From Candidatus Marinacidobacterium sp. (GTDB lineage Bacteria; Acidobacteriota; Vicinamibacteria; Marinacidobacterales; Marinacidobacteraceae), in contig OZ242011.1 of assembly GCA_965204755.1 (NCBI GenBank), positions 3,328,001-3,392,000 of the forward strand: DNA of 64,000 bases, read 5' to 3'. Below are positions 19,159-28,791 of the stretch, one piece after another; the stretch's first letter is position 1; every line of letters starts with the position of its first letter. Made by a program: the position numbers and the translations under genes. A model generated the notes under the pieces. The model searched no databases and had not been told where the DNA came from. It saw nothing but the letters and a program-made list of their open reading frames with translations.

Positions 19159-20563
19159 GGGTGTTCAGCGCGGCGCCGAAGAGCCCGGCGTGGATCCCGA
19201 AGAGGCGCCCGTGGCCGGCGAGGATCAGCCCCGCCGCCAGCGCGGTTCCGGCGAGCAGGCCCCAAAACGCCGCGTCCGCCCGCAGCCTCGGCCAGGCCAG
19301 CCCCAGGAAGAAGACCGGCGCGGCCTGCACCAGCAGGTCCATCTTGAGTTCGAGGAGCCCCCAGAGGCTGATCCGGGGGGTGAGCGCGACCCCGGCGAGG
19401 ACCGTCATCACCGCGATCGCGGTCCACTTCCCGATCCGGGTGATGCGCTCTTCGGCGGCTTCCCGCCCGCCGCGCCGCAGGAAGGGGGCGAGGAAGTCCT
19501 TCGCCAGCATCGAGGAGAGCGTGAGCAGCACCGAGTCGGCGGTGGACATGATCGCGGCGACCACGCCGACCACGGTGAGCACGCCGAGCCCGAACATCCA
19601 GCCGGACTCGTCCGCCCACCCGGCGAGGAGCGCCGGGAGCACCCGGTCCGCCGCCACCCCTTCGAGCCCGCCCAGCCGGGGCAGGGCCAGGATCCCGACG
19701 AAGAACACCGGCAGGGTGGTGAAGAAGGGCAGGAACGCCATCGCCGCCACCGCCTTCCGCAGCGCCGGGGTTCCCGAGGCGGCGAAGATGCGCTGGATCG
19801 CCTGCGGATAGACCGCCCCGGAGAAGCCGATGAGCAGGACGGTGCTGGCCCAGCCGGAGAGGACCGGCCCCGAGGGGCGGAGCGCCTTCGCCGGCTCGTT
19901 GGCCAGGATCCACTCCGCGGCCTCCCCCAGGTCGTGGCCGGTGAAGAGCGCCGCGCCGAGCAGCCCGAAGAGGCCGACCGCGAGCAGGATCCCCTGCAGG
20001 CAGTCCGTCCAGGCGACGGCGCGGAGGCCGCCCAGCAGTTCGTAGCCGAGGATGGCGGCGGCGAGCACCGCCACGCCGGCGGCGTAGGGGACTTCGCCGC
20101 CGGAGAGCCCTTCCACCACATGCCCCATCGCCATGAGTTGGGCGAGCAGGTAGTTGACGATCGCCGCGGTCATGATCGCCGTCGCCGCCAGGGTGAGCCG
20201 GCGGGAGCGGAACCGCCAGTCGAGGTAGTCCGCCGGCGTGACGAAGCCGCGCCGCTCCGAGGCGGCCCGGAGGCGGGGGGCCATCACCAGATAGGCGGCG
20301 ACGATGGCGAGCATGAACCCGACGCTCATCACCCAGGGGTAGCCGACGCGGTAGGCCTCGCCGGGGTAGCCGACCAGCGTGTTCCCGCTGTACTGGGTGG
20401 CGTAGAGCGTGAACAGCAGGACCACGCCGCCGAGGCTGCGGCCGGCGAGGTAGAAGTCGGCGAGCGACTCCGACTTCCGGGCGGCGCGCGCCCGGAGGCC
20501 GAGGAACGCCAGGACCGCGAGGTAGCCGGCGATCCCGGCCACCGCGGCCGCGGTGAAACTCAC
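19091..20563 (-). CDS. Sodium:solute symporter (SSS family)
   Basis: DFYLAGRSLG, ATQYSGNT..G.PG.AY, GGLRAVAWTD..QG, AAIMSTADS, multiple TMs. GTG20563 overlaps the upstream stop. Confidence 0.9.
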   Translation of the reverse strand: MSFTAAAVAGIAGYLAVLAFLGLRARAARKSESLADFYLAGRSLGGVVLLFTLYATQYSGNTLVGYPGEAYRVGYPWVMSVGFMLAIVAAYLVMAPRLRAASERRGFVTPADYLDWRFRSRRLTLAATAIMTAAIVNYLLAQLMAMGHVVEGLSGGEVPYAAGVAVLAAAILGYELLGGLRAVAWTDCLQGILLAVGLFGLLGAALFTGHDLGEAAEWILANEPAKALRPSGPVLSGWASTVLLIGFSGAVYPQAIQRIFAASGTPALRKAVAAMAFLPFFTTLPVFFVGILALPRLGGLEGVAADRVLPALLAGWADESGWMFGLGVLTVVGVVAAIMSTADSVLLTLSSMLAKDFLAPFLRRGGREAAEERITRIGKWTAIAVMTVLAGVALTPRISLWGLLELKMDLLVQAAPVFFLGLAWPRLRADAAFWGLLAGTALAAGLILAGHGRLFGIHAGLFGAALNTLIAVVGSLRSSGGAASPAAPRR

Positions 20564-20871
20564 GCTCGGCCGGGCCGGTCGTCCGGCGCGGTCCCGGCGG
20601 CTCGTTCGGGCGGGTCCCCGCCGGGGGCGTCCGGGGCGTCCGCCGGGTCGTCGCTCCACCGGCGGAGCGCGAGGAACGCGGTCAGGACGCTGATCGCGAA
20701 GGTGAATCCCAGCGAGGCCAGCGCCCAGGCGGGCATCCCCAGCCGGATCGCGGGGGCGCCGCCGCCCGCCCACCACGGGATGGAGAGGGCGTAGAGGACG
20801 ACGACCAGCGCGAGCAGCCGCGGCGAGTCCAAGGGCTCCCGCCGGGGGCGGTCGGGGACCGGTTCGGGCAC
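20560..20871 (-). CDS. Small 2-TM membrane protein (DUF997/DUF3311-like SSS partner)
   Basis: Two TMs with IPWW and G(M)PAW motifs, translationally coupled to the SSS gene. Confidence 0.75.
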   Translation of the reverse strand: MPEPVPDRPRREPLDSPRLLALVVVLYALSIPWWAGGGAPAIRLGMPAWALASLGFTFAISVLTAFLALRRWSDDPADAPDAPGGDPPERAAGTAPDDRPGRA

Positions 20872-20937
20872 GGCGGCGACTCTACCCGCCGGCGGCGACT
20901 CCTACCCGCCGGCGGCGACTCCTGCCCGCCGGCGGCG
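20871..20937. repeat. 20 bp tandem repeat CGGCGGCGACTCCTACCCGC (~3.3 units) in a promoter region
   Basis: Visible tandem units upstream of the 20871 start. Confidence 0.85.
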
Positions 20938-21135
20938 AAGGTCGTGGGCCGTCGTTTCGGGGCTGCGAGAATCCGACGCCGACCGGGACCGACCGACGCC
21001 GACGGACGCCGACCGACGCCGGGCCGTCTCCGGTGACCGGCGCGCTGTCCGGCGCGCTGTCCGGCGCCCTGTCCGACTCGCTGTCCGGCGCGCGCTCCCA
21101 TTCCTTCCCGACGCCCCCCTCGGAGAACCGAAACG

Positions 21136-22410
21136 ATGAACACTCACCCGCCGACCCGCTCCTTCCCGCTGCTTCCCGCCGCGCTCGCCGCCGCCTTCGC
21201 CCTGTGCGCCGCTCCGGCCATCTCCGGCGGGAGCGCGCAGTCGGCCGGGCCCGACCTCGCGGTCGTCGGCGGGCAGGTGCTCGATGTCCGGGCCGGGACC
21301 TTCTCCCGCGCCGAGGTCCTCATCGCCGACGGACGGATCACCGCGGTCGCGGAGGGCGCGGAAGTCCCGGAGGGGATCCCGGTCGTCGAGGCCGACGGGC
21401 GGTTCGTCCTGCCGGGGCTCATCGACGCCCACACGCACGCGGACCGGCTCTCGCAGGTGCGGCGCGCCCTGGAGTCGGGGGCGACCACGCTGCGGAGCGC
21501 GAGCGTCGGCTCCTACCGGGATGTGGCCATCGGCCGGCTGGTCAGCGAAGGGTTCCTCGCGGGGCCGGACTACCTCGGTGCCGGGGTGTTCGTCACGCCG
21601 AACCTCGGCGAAGCGCGGCTGGCGTCGGAGAGCCTCTTCGGGATGTCCGGCGCCGTCGAGAGCGAGGAGGACCTCCGGCTGCTCGTCCGGGTGAACGCCG
21701 AAAACGGCGTCCGCGCCGTCAAGACCCGCGCCACCGAACGCGCCGGGCTCCCCGACACCGACCCGCGGAAGCAGGTGTTCACCGAGTCGCAGTTGCGGGC
21801 GATCGTCGAGGAGGCGGCGGCGCTGGGCATCCCGGTGCTCTGCCACGCCCACGGCGACGAGGGCGCCCGCGCCGCGGTGCTCGCCGGGGTCGCCAGCATC
21901 GAGCACGGCACCTTCCTGACCGAGGAGACGCTGCGGCTCATGGCGGAGCGCGGCACGGCGCTCGTGCCGACCTACACCACGCTGGTGGACCTCGACGAAC
22001 CGGGCGGCGACTACGACCACCCGGTGCTGACGCTCCGCGCCGACTTCATGGTGCCGCGGATGGTGGAGACCCTGCGGATGGCGCGCGAGATCGGCGTCCG
22101 GGTGGTCGCCGGCAGCGACACCTCCTACGACCCGGAGAGCGTGAGCCGCGTCGGCGTGGAAGTCGCCAACTTCGCGAAGTTGGGCTTCTCCCCCATCGAG
22201 GCGATCCGCAGCGCCACCCTCTACGCCGCCGAGTTGCTGCGGATCGAGGAAGACACGGGAACCATCGAACCGGGCAAGGAAGCCGACCTCATCGTGCTCG
22301 CGGAAAACCCGCTCGACCACCCCGCGGCCATCCAGGATGTGATCGCCGTCATCTCGAACGGCCGCATCGCCCTGAACCGCCTCCCCTTCACCGCCGAACC
22401 CGAGGAGTGA
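21136..22410 (+). CDS. Secreted amidohydrolase family protein (Xaa-Pro dipeptidase-like)
   Basis: Signal peptide, PGLIDAHTH, HAHG, SIEHG, AGSD, G.IEPGKEADL. Confidence 0.88.
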   Translation: MNTHPPTRSFPLLPAALAAAFALCAAPAISGGSAQSAGPDLAVVGGQVLDVRAGTFSRAEVLIADGRITAVAEGAEVPEGIPVVEADGRFVLPGLIDAHTHADRLSQVRRALESGATTLRSASVGSYRDVAIGRLVSEGFLAGPDYLGAGVFVTPNLGEARLASESLFGMSGAVESEEDLRLLVRVNAENGVRAVKTRATERAGLPDTDPRKQVFTESQLRAIVEEAAALGIPVLCHAHGDEGARAAVLAGVASIEHGTFLTEETLRLMAERGTALVPTYTTLVDLDEPGGDYDHPVLTLRADFMVPRMVETLRMAREIGVRVVAGSDTSYDPESVSRVGVEVANFAKLGFSPIEAIRSATLYAAELLRIEEDTGTIEPGKEADLIVLAENPLDHPAAIQDVIAVISNGRIALNRLPFTAEPEE

Positions 22411-22514
22411 ATGCGGCCGGGCAGCCTGTCCCCGGCGCGCTACGCTCGGGTTTCGGAGGTGGTTCCGCGGACGGACCGGTTCGACGAAGCACCGCTCCGA
22501 AGGCGAGAAAACAC

Positions 22515-23072
22515 ATGGCTACGGATCCGCTTCCTCGGGAAGCCGTGCCGGACCGGTGGCACGAATTGCTGTTCGCGGTGCGGCGCTCCCGCCGCTACCA
22601 CATGCGCCGGGAGCAGTTCTTCGCCCGGTTCCACCGCCTCTTCGCCTTCCTGATGGCGGTCGGCGCATCGGCCGCCTTCGCCGCGGTCTTGGCGGATCTG
22701 CCGGTTGCCGCGTGGCTCGCCGGACCGGTGGCGTTCCTCGGCGTCACCGCGCTCGCGTCCGCGCCTTCCTCCAAGGCGCTGGAGCACAACGAACTCACGC
22801 GAGCGTTCACGAGGCTCGAGCGGAAGATGCGCGTTCCCGAGCCGCAGATCACCGAGGCGGCTCTCGCGGCGCTGGAGAGGCGCCGGCTGGAACTCGAAGT
22901 CCGTGAACCGCCGACGCTGCAGGTGCTCAACCTGATCTGCCACAACGAGGAAGTGCTTGCCGGCGGCTACGGACGCGAGCACTTCTTCGAGTTGCGGTGG
23001 TACCAGCGGCTCCTCGCGTCCCTGTTCGACCTTCGGTCGAGCACCTTCCAGCGGCCATCCAACGGCGGCTGA
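22515..23072 (+). CDS. SLATT-like two-TM membrane protein
   Basis: F.VRRS.RYH..R N-terminal helix, two hydrophobic helices, H..L...F..L helix and C-terminal E..EPP, as in SLATT architecture. Confidence 0.6.
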   Translation: MATDPLPREAVPDRWHELLFAVRRSRRYHMRREQFFARFHRLFAFLMAVGASAAFAAVLADLPVAAWLAGPVAFLGVTALASAPSSKALEHNELTRAFTRLERKMRVPEPQITEAALAALERRRLELEVREPPTLQVLNLICHNEEVLAGGYGREHFFELRWYQRLLASLFDLRSSTFQRPSNGG

Positions 23073-23115
23073 ACCGGCGTCCGGCGGGGCGCGGCGGCCG
23101 TTTACACTCCGCCGC

Positions 23116-24291
23116 TTGCCCGAACACGACCTCCCGCTCAGGGACACCGAGACCCAGGCCGAGATCCGCCGGGCGGTCCGCGAATTCGCGGCCGCCGAGA
23201 TCCTGCCGCACGCGGCGGAGTGGGACGAGCGGGAGCGGTTCCCCGGCGAAGTCGTCCGCAAGTTGGGCGCTCTCGGCTTCCTCGGCCCGATCTTCCCGGA
23301 GGAATACGGCGGCGCCGGGTTCGGCTACGGCGAATACGCGGTCCTCGTCGAGGAACTCGCCCGCGCCGACGCCTCCGTCGCCATCACCGTGGCGGCGCAT
23401 GTCTCGCTCGCCGCGAACCACATCTACGAGCAGGGCACGGAGGACCAGAAACGGCGTTTCCTCGTCCCGCTGGCCTCCGGCGAGGCGCTCGGCGCCTGGA
23501 GCCTCACCGAGCCCGGCGCCGGGAGCGACGCCGCCGGGACCCGCACCACCGCCGTCCGGAACGGGGACGGCTGGGTGCTCAACGGCAGCAAGACCTTCAC
23601 CACGAACGGCTCCGTCGCCGACTACGCGGTCTGCATGGCCCTCACCGATCCCGCCCGGGGCGCCCGCGGCATCTCGGCGTTCCTCGTCGAGCGGGGGGCG
23701 CCGGGTTTCCGCGCCGGGCGGAAGGAGAAGAAGTTGGGGCACCGCGCCTCCGACACCTCCGAGATGGTCTTCGAGGACTGCCGGGTGCCCGCCGACCGGA
23801 TGCTCGGCGAACCCGGGTCGGGGTTCGCGGCGGCGATGAAGGTGCTGGACGGGGGCCGGATCAGCATCGCCGCGCTCTCGCTCGGCATCGCCCGGGCCGC
23901 CTACGAGCAGGCCGCCGCCTACGCCGGGGAGCGCCGGCAGTTCGACCGCCCCATCGGCGACTTCCAGGGGGTCCGCTTCCCGCTCGCCGACTGCGCGGTG
24001 GAGATCGAGGCGTCGCGGCTGCTCATCCAGCGCGCCGCCGCGCTCAAGGACAGCGGGGCGGCGACCACCACCGAGTCGGCGATGGCCAAACTCCACGCCA
24101 GCGAGACCGCCGTCCGGGTGACCAACCGGGCGGTGCAGATCCTGGGCGGCTACGGCTACACCCGCGAGTACCCGGTCGAGCGCTACCTCCGCGACGCCAA
24201 GTTGATGACCATCGGCGAAGGGACTTCGGAGATCCAGCGGCTGCTGATCGCCCGCAGCATCCTCGGCCGCGCCGGCGACGGCGCCGCGTAG
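23116..24291 (+). CDS. Acyl-CoA dehydrogenase
   Basis: [68 protein letters not shown] start inferred from TACACT -10. Confidence 0.93.
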   Translation: MPEHDLPLRDTETQAEIRRAVREFAAAEILPHAAEWDERERFPGEVVRKLGALGFLGPIFPEEYGGAGFGYGEYAVLVEELARADASVAITVAAHVSLAANHIYEQGTEDQKRRFLVPLASGEALGAWSLTEPGAGSDAAGTRTTAVRNGDGWVLNGSKTFTTNGSVADYAVCMALTDPARGARGISAFLVERGAPGFRAGRKEKKLGHRASDTSEMVFEDCRVPADRMLGEPGSGFAAAMKVLDGGRISIAALSLGIARAAYEQAAAYAGERRQFDRPIGDFQGVRFPLADCAVEIEASRLLIQRAAALKDSGAATTTESAMAKLHASETAVRVTNRAVQILGGYGYTREYPVERYLRDAKLMTIGEGTSEIQRLLIARSILGRAGDGAA

Positions 24292-24311
24292 CCTCCGGGG
24301 CGTCGGCGGCG

Positions 24312-25601
24312 GTGGCGGGGGACTCGCCGCGGACCGGGGATTTCGCCGCGCTGGTCGCGCGGCTTCGGGAAGGGGACCGGGCGGCGCTCGCCCGCGCCAT
24401 CACCCGGCTGGAGTCCGGGGAGGAAGAGGCGGCGGTCGCGGCGGGGGGGCTCGCGTGGCCGTCCGACGCGCGGGTGGTCGCGCTCACCGGGCCGCCGGGG
24501 GTGGGGAAGAGCGCGCTCGCCGGCGCGCTGGCCGGAGTGTTCTCCGGGGCGTTCTCCGGGGCGTTCTCCGGGCAGGGCGCGGCGGGAGGGACGGGGGTGC
24601 TGGCGGTGGATCCGACCAGCCCCCGGAGCGGCGGGGCGCTGCTCGGCGACCGGGTGCGTCTCACGCCGCGCCCCGGGGTCTTCTTCCGCAGCATGGCGGC
24701 GCGGACCGGGGCCGGGGGGCTCGCGCCGGAGGTTCCGGGCGCGCTGCGGCTGATGGCGGCGGCGGGGATGACGCGGCTGCTGCTGGAGACCGCGGGCGTG
24801 GGGCAGGGGGACACGGCGGTGACGGGGTTGGCCGATCTCACGCTCGCGCTGACCGCGCCGGGGCTCGGCGACGAGGTGCAGGCGGCGAAGGCCGGACTCT
24901 TCGAGGTCGCGGACTTCGTGGTCGTGAACCAGTGCGACCGGGCGGGCGCGGAGGCGCTGGCCTCGCACTTCCGGGCGCTGCGGACGGCGTCGCCGGGGGG
25001 AACGGGGACGGGGGCGGGCGGGGCTGCGGCGGAGAGCGTGCGGCTGACTTCCGCGACGGAAGGGGACGGGGTGGCGGAGTTGGCGGAGGCGGTCGAGGCC
25101 GCGCTCGCCGCGCGTCCGGCGCGGACACGGGCGCCGGCGGGTTCGGAGGCGGGGGCGGCGCCGTTTCCGGCGTTGCGGCTCCACCATGTGGGGCTCGCGG
25201 CGCGAGACGCCGACCGGGCGGCGGCGCTTTGGAGCGGGTTGCTGGGGCTGCGGGAGACCGGGCGCTACCGCGTGGACGAGTTCGGCGTCCTCGCGGCGTT
25301 CCTCGCCCCGGCGGGCGACGCCGGCGCGGAGGATCCCGGAGGGCTCGTGGAACTCGTCCAACCCGCCGGGGAGCGCGGCGCGGTGGCGAAGTTCCTCGAA
25401 CGGCGCGGGCCGGGGCTCCACCATGTGTGTTTCGAGGTGGCGGACCTGGCGGCGGCGGTCCGGGCGCTGGCGGACCGCGGCGTCCGGCTGGTGGACGAGA
25501 AACCGCGGCGCGGGGCCGGGGGGCATCTCGTGGCCTTCGTCCACCCGGAGAGCGCCGGGGGCGTCCTGCTGGAGTTGAAGCAGGCGGAGCGTCGGGTCTG
25601 A
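24312..25601 (+). CDS. meaB: MeaB/ArgK GTPase fused to methylmalonyl-CoA epimerase (VOC)
   Basis: TGPPGVGKS, AVDPTSP..GGALLGDR.R, ETAGVGQ, GDEVQ..KAG. C-terminal HHVGLA, ELVQP, KFLE.RGPGLHHVCFEV, F.HP...GVL.EL. Start uncertain. Confidence 0.85.
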   Translation: MAGDSPRTGDFAALVARLREGDRAALARAITRLESGEEEAAVAAGGLAWPSDARVVALTGPPGVGKSALAGALAGVFSGAFSGAFSGQGAAGGTGVLAVDPTSPRSGGALLGDRVRLTPRPGVFFRSMAARTGAGGLAPEVPGALRLMAAAGMTRLLLETAGVGQGDTAVTGLADLTLALTAPGLGDEVQAAKAGLFEVADFVVVNQCDRAGAEALASHFRALRTASPGGTGTGAGGAAAESVRLTSATEGDGVAELAEAVEAALAARPARTRAPAGSEAGAAPFPALRLHHVGLAARDADRAAALWSGLLGLRETGRYRVDEFGVLAAFLAPAGDAGAEDPGGLVELVQPAGERGAVAKFLERRGPGLHHVCFEVADLAAAVRALADRGVRLVDEKPRRGAGGHLVAFVHPESAGGVLLELKQAERRV

Positions 25602-25663
25602 CCCCGGGGCTGACCTGGGGGTGGCGCCCGGCCTTCGCGGCGGCCGTTTCGTAGGATTTCTCG

Positions 25664-26410
25664 ATGGACTGGTTGCGAACGCTCTCCGTCCGCCGGGACC
25701 TCCTGCTCCTCGCCGGGGACGCGGCGATCGCCTACGCGCTGGCGTTCTGGCTCGCGGCGGCGGGATTCGGCTTCGCGCGCTTTCTGCTGCCGCTGCTGCT
25801 CGCGGCGCCGGCGGCCTGGATGCTCTGGCGGTATCTCGCCGCCGGGGACCGCGCCGGCGCGCTCCGGGTCATGTTCGGCTGGGCGGGCGCGCTGATCGTG
25901 CTCGGCTCGCTGGCGATGGCGCTGGCCCCGGAGGCGGCCGCGGGAGCGGTGCTCCGCGGCGAGGCCTACCGCGCCGAGATGATGGCCTGGCTGGCCACCG
26001 GGGAGGGCGCCGAGGGCGACCTCGGCCGCTTCCTCCCGATCCACCTCCGGCGGCTGGCGCTGTTCGTCCCGCTCTCGCTGGCGAGCGGCGGCGCGCTGGG
26101 GCTGGTCATGGGCGCGGGGATGGTGAACTTCATGGACTTCTTCGTCGCGTCCTACGCCGCGGCGTCCACCGGCGTCCCGGCGGCGCTGGCGTGGTTCCCC
26201 TGGGCGCTCTGCCGGGTGGCCGCCTTCGTGATCCTCGGCGTGCTGTGCGCGGAACCCCTCGTCCGCCGCGTCCGGCGGCTCTCCGGGCCGCCCGCGCCGG
26301 GGCGGGCGCGGCTGGCGTGGGTCGCCGCCGGCCTGCTCTTCGCGGACATCGCGCTCAAGGCCGCGCTGGCCCCGGTCTGGGGCCGCTTCCTCGGCAGTTT
26401 CCTCGACTGA
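25664..26410 (+). CDS. Integral membrane protein (SpoIIM-like, uncertain)
   Basis: Six or more hydrophobic segments, typical codon usage, -10 TAGGAT 6 nt before the ATG. Confidence 0.7.
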   Translation: MDWLRTLSVRRDLLLLAGDAAIAYALAFWLAAAGFGFARFLLPLLLAAPAAWMLWRYLAAGDRAGALRVMFGWAGALIVLGSLAMALAPEAAAGAVLRGEAYRAEMMAWLATGEGAEGDLGRFLPIHLRRLALFVPLSLASGGALGLVMGAGMVNFMDFFVASYAAASTGVPAALAWFPWALCRVAAFVILGVLCAEPLVRRVRRLSGPPAPGRARLAWVAAGLLFADIALKAALAPVWGRFLGSFLD

Positions 26411-26449
26411 CGCTCCCCGCCGCCCGCCCTCCCGCTCACGCCCCGGCGG

Positions 26450-26524
26450 TGGTGGGCGATGCAGGATTTGAACCTGCGACTTCTACCGTGTGAAGGTAGC
26501 ACTCTTCCGCTGAGTTAATCGCCC
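26450..26524 (-). tRNA. tRNA-Val (CAC)
   Basis: Reverse complement reads GGGCGATTAACTCAGCGGAAGAGTG-CTACC-TTCACAC-GGTAG-AAGTC-GCAGGTTCAAATCCTGC-ATCGCCCACCA: cloverleaf, anticodon CAC, encoded CCA. Confidence 0.97.
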
Positions 26525-26614
26525 TCGCCGGGAAGAGCGAAAACGCTAGCAATACCGGCGCGAACGGTCAACACGCCGGCGCCGCACCGCTCCCGCTCCA
26601 CGGAGGAACACCCC

Positions 26615-26980
26615 ATGGCCATGGCCGACCCCGCCCATCCCGGAGAGATCCTCCGCGAGGAGATCCTTCCGGCGTACGGACTCACGGCCGGCGCGGCGGC
26701 GAACGCGCTCGGCGTGACGCGCCCGGCCCTGTCCCGAGTTCTCGACGGTCGGGCCCGACTCTCCGCCGACCTCGCGCTGCGGTGCGAAAAGGCCTTCGGC
26801 GTTTCCATGGACTTGCTGCTGCGCATCCAGACCGCGCGGGACATCGCCGATGCGAGGAAGCGCGAGTCCGAAGTCACCGTGTCGCGCTACGCTCCGGCGG
26901 CCGGAGACGCCGCGGAATCCGGCCCCGACTCGCCCGCGTCCCGAGCGCGGCGCGTCATCGCCTTCGATGAACCGCGTTGA
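26615..26980 (+). CDS. higA: HigA-family antitoxin (HTH XRE)
   Basis: PAHPGEILREE, LT...AA.ALGVTR..LS, LSADLALR.EKAFG, LLRIQ..D. GGAGG RBS. Confidence 0.88.
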   Translation: MAMADPAHPGEILREEILPAYGLTAGAAANALGVTRPALSRVLDGRARLSADLALRCEKAFGVSMDLLLRIQTARDIADARKRESEVTVSRYAPAAGDAAESGPDSPASRARRVIAFDEPR

Positions 26981-27002
26981 CCTCCGGGAGGCCCATCCAA
27001 CC

Positions 27003-27260
27003 ATGCCCATGTTCAACCCGCCGCGCACCGGTGATTTCGTCGAGCGGGAGATCGTCGAGGCGCGCGGCCTGACGGTTACCCGCGCCGCCGAAGAGATGGG
27101 CGTATCCCGGACGACGCTCTCGGCGTTCCTGAACGGCCGTACCCGCCTCTCCGAGGACTTGGCTCTGCGGATCGAAAGGGCGTTCGGCGTCCGCAGCGCC
27201 ACCCTGCTGCGGATGCAGCGCGCCTGGGACACCGCCCCGGCGCGCCGGCGCCGGCGGTAG
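27003..27260 (+). CDS. higA: Second HigA-family antitoxin (HTH XRE)
   Basis: MPMFNPP..GDFV..EI, LTVT.AA..MGVSR.TLS..LNG, LALRIE.AFG, LLRMQ.AWD. GGAGG RBS. Confidence 0.85.
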   Translation: MPMFNPPRTGDFVEREIVEARGLTVTRAAEEMGVSRTTLSAFLNGRTRLSEDLALRIERAFGVRSATLLRMQRAWDTAPARRRRR

Positions 27261-27347
27261 TTCCCGCCACCGAGAAGACAGAGACGGGCGCCATCTCGGT
27301 AGCGCCCGCCTCCGGTGTCGGTAGTGACGCCTGTGGAGGGGGAGCCG

Positions 27348-28418
27348 TCAGTCGGAGTCCTCGACGAACTGCTGAAGGAAGCCGCGGTGGAGGCGAGCCA
27401 CGCGTTCCACGAAGTCGTCCATGCGACCGGGGTCTTCGGGAAACGCGATTGCACCGATCGTCATTTCATGGCCCGACCTCGAACGGAAGTCGCGTTGCTG
27501 CAGGTCGCCGATCTCGTCCGCCAGTCGGCGAAAGTTGGGCTGGTGCTCTTTCCGTACTCGCTGGGGATCGCCGCCCAAGCGCATCAAACGCAGCGGCTTC
27601 CCGGCATCTATGCGCCAGAACAGTCCACGGTCACCCTCGAAGAACAAGAAGACATACTGTGTCCACGGGTTTCCGGAACTCGTGCCCTTCTTCACTCCGT
27701 TCCAGTGCCTCGGCTGCGGCCTTTCGGCGGGTACGAGTTTCTGGAGACGGAGCATGAACTCCCACTGGACATGGGCGTGCCCCATCTTCCAAGACTGGAG
27801 GGCTTCGGTGCGGTCGGTAACGATGCGGCGCAGGTTCTCCTCGTACTGTCGCAAGACTTCGTCGTTTCGTACGGCGTCCTGACCGTGGAGAAAGCGAAGA
27901 AAGTCGTCAGCCGTCACGATGGAGTAGTGATTCGCTTCGACATTCTCGCGCTCGTTGCTGTAGATGTAGCCGGTCTTCAGGTAGATCGGCTTGATGAAGT
28001 CTTCGGGTTTGCTGTCGGTCCTGACCGCATCCAGATACCGCGCCAGTTGGTTGCTGTGTGCTCCGGTGCCGGTCTTGTCCTCGATGAGGAAAGTGACCAT
28101 CTTGCCGTCGACTCTCGCTTGGAAGAAGACATCGATCTTGTCGCGGCGCCCTCGGGGGGCGTACTGCATCTCGAGACTCTCGACCGTGCCGATCTCGAAG
28201 TTTCCCGAGTGTCGAGCGGGCTCCCCGCTCCCGGGTGCGATTACGGGGACGGAGGACTCGTTCGGCTCGGCGCCGGCGCGAAACAGGAACCGCACGAAGT
28301 TCCGGCCGAACTTCTGGAGCGAGGCGGACGCATCCCGAGCGGATGCGTAGGCCACCAAGTAGCAGAGAAAGGCGTCTTGGGACAGTTCTTTCTTCGCGAA
28401 AGAGAAGATGTTGGGCAT
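27348..28418 (-). CDS. PD-(D/E)XK nuclease superfamily protein (PDDEXK_4-like)
   Basis: PNIF..A..ELSQDAF...L, E.Q...IDV, IEDKT, QL.RY, YLKTG. Lower GC than neighbours. Confidence 0.8.
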   Translation of the reverse strand: MPNIFSFAKKELSQDAFLCYLVAYASARDASASLQKFGRNFVRFLFRAGAEPNESSVPVIAPGSGEPARHSGNFEIGTVESLEMQYAPRGRRDKIDVFFQARVDGKMVTFLIEDKTGTGAHSNQLARYLDAVRTDSKPEDFIKPIYLKTGYIYSNERENVEANHYSIVTADDFLRFLHGQDAVRNDEVLRQYEENLRRIVTDRTEALQSWKMGHAHVQWEFMLRLQKLVPAERPQPRHWNGVKKGTSSGNPWTQYVFLFFEGDRGLFWRIDAGKPLRLMRLGGDPQRVRKEHQPNFRRLADEIGDLQQRDFRSRSGHEMTIGAIAFPEDPGRMDDFVERVARLHRGFLQQFVEDSD

Positions 28419-28699
28419 GTTGCGTCGACCTCAGCGACGGGAGCCGCGCCTGATCGCGCGGCTTCGGGTTCGGGGACTCGGGAGGCCGCCGCCGTTTCGG
28501 CAGCGACACATGAGCGCGCGGCGAGCGCGACCGTTCGGGTGCTCGTCGGGCGCGGGGCGAAGAACGGCGTCGTCCGCGGGGAATCGCTGCGGGACGCAGC
28601 GGGCGGGTAGCGCCGGGCGGCGCCGCGAGTTGAGCGGCCGCCGTTCGGTCGGCGCCGGAGTCAGGCGGACTCGGGCGCCGATCCAATCACATGGATTTC

Positions 28700-28714
28700 G
28701 GGGGGGGGGGGGGG
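28700..28714 (+). repeat. Homopolymer G15
   Basis: Fifteen consecutive G in the intergenic region. Confidence 0.9.
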
Positions 28715-28791
28715 CGTTCAAGGAAGCGGGCGGAGCCTACCAGACCGCGCGGTGGCCGGCGGCGGGGCGCAGCCGGAGGCGCCGGCGCTCG

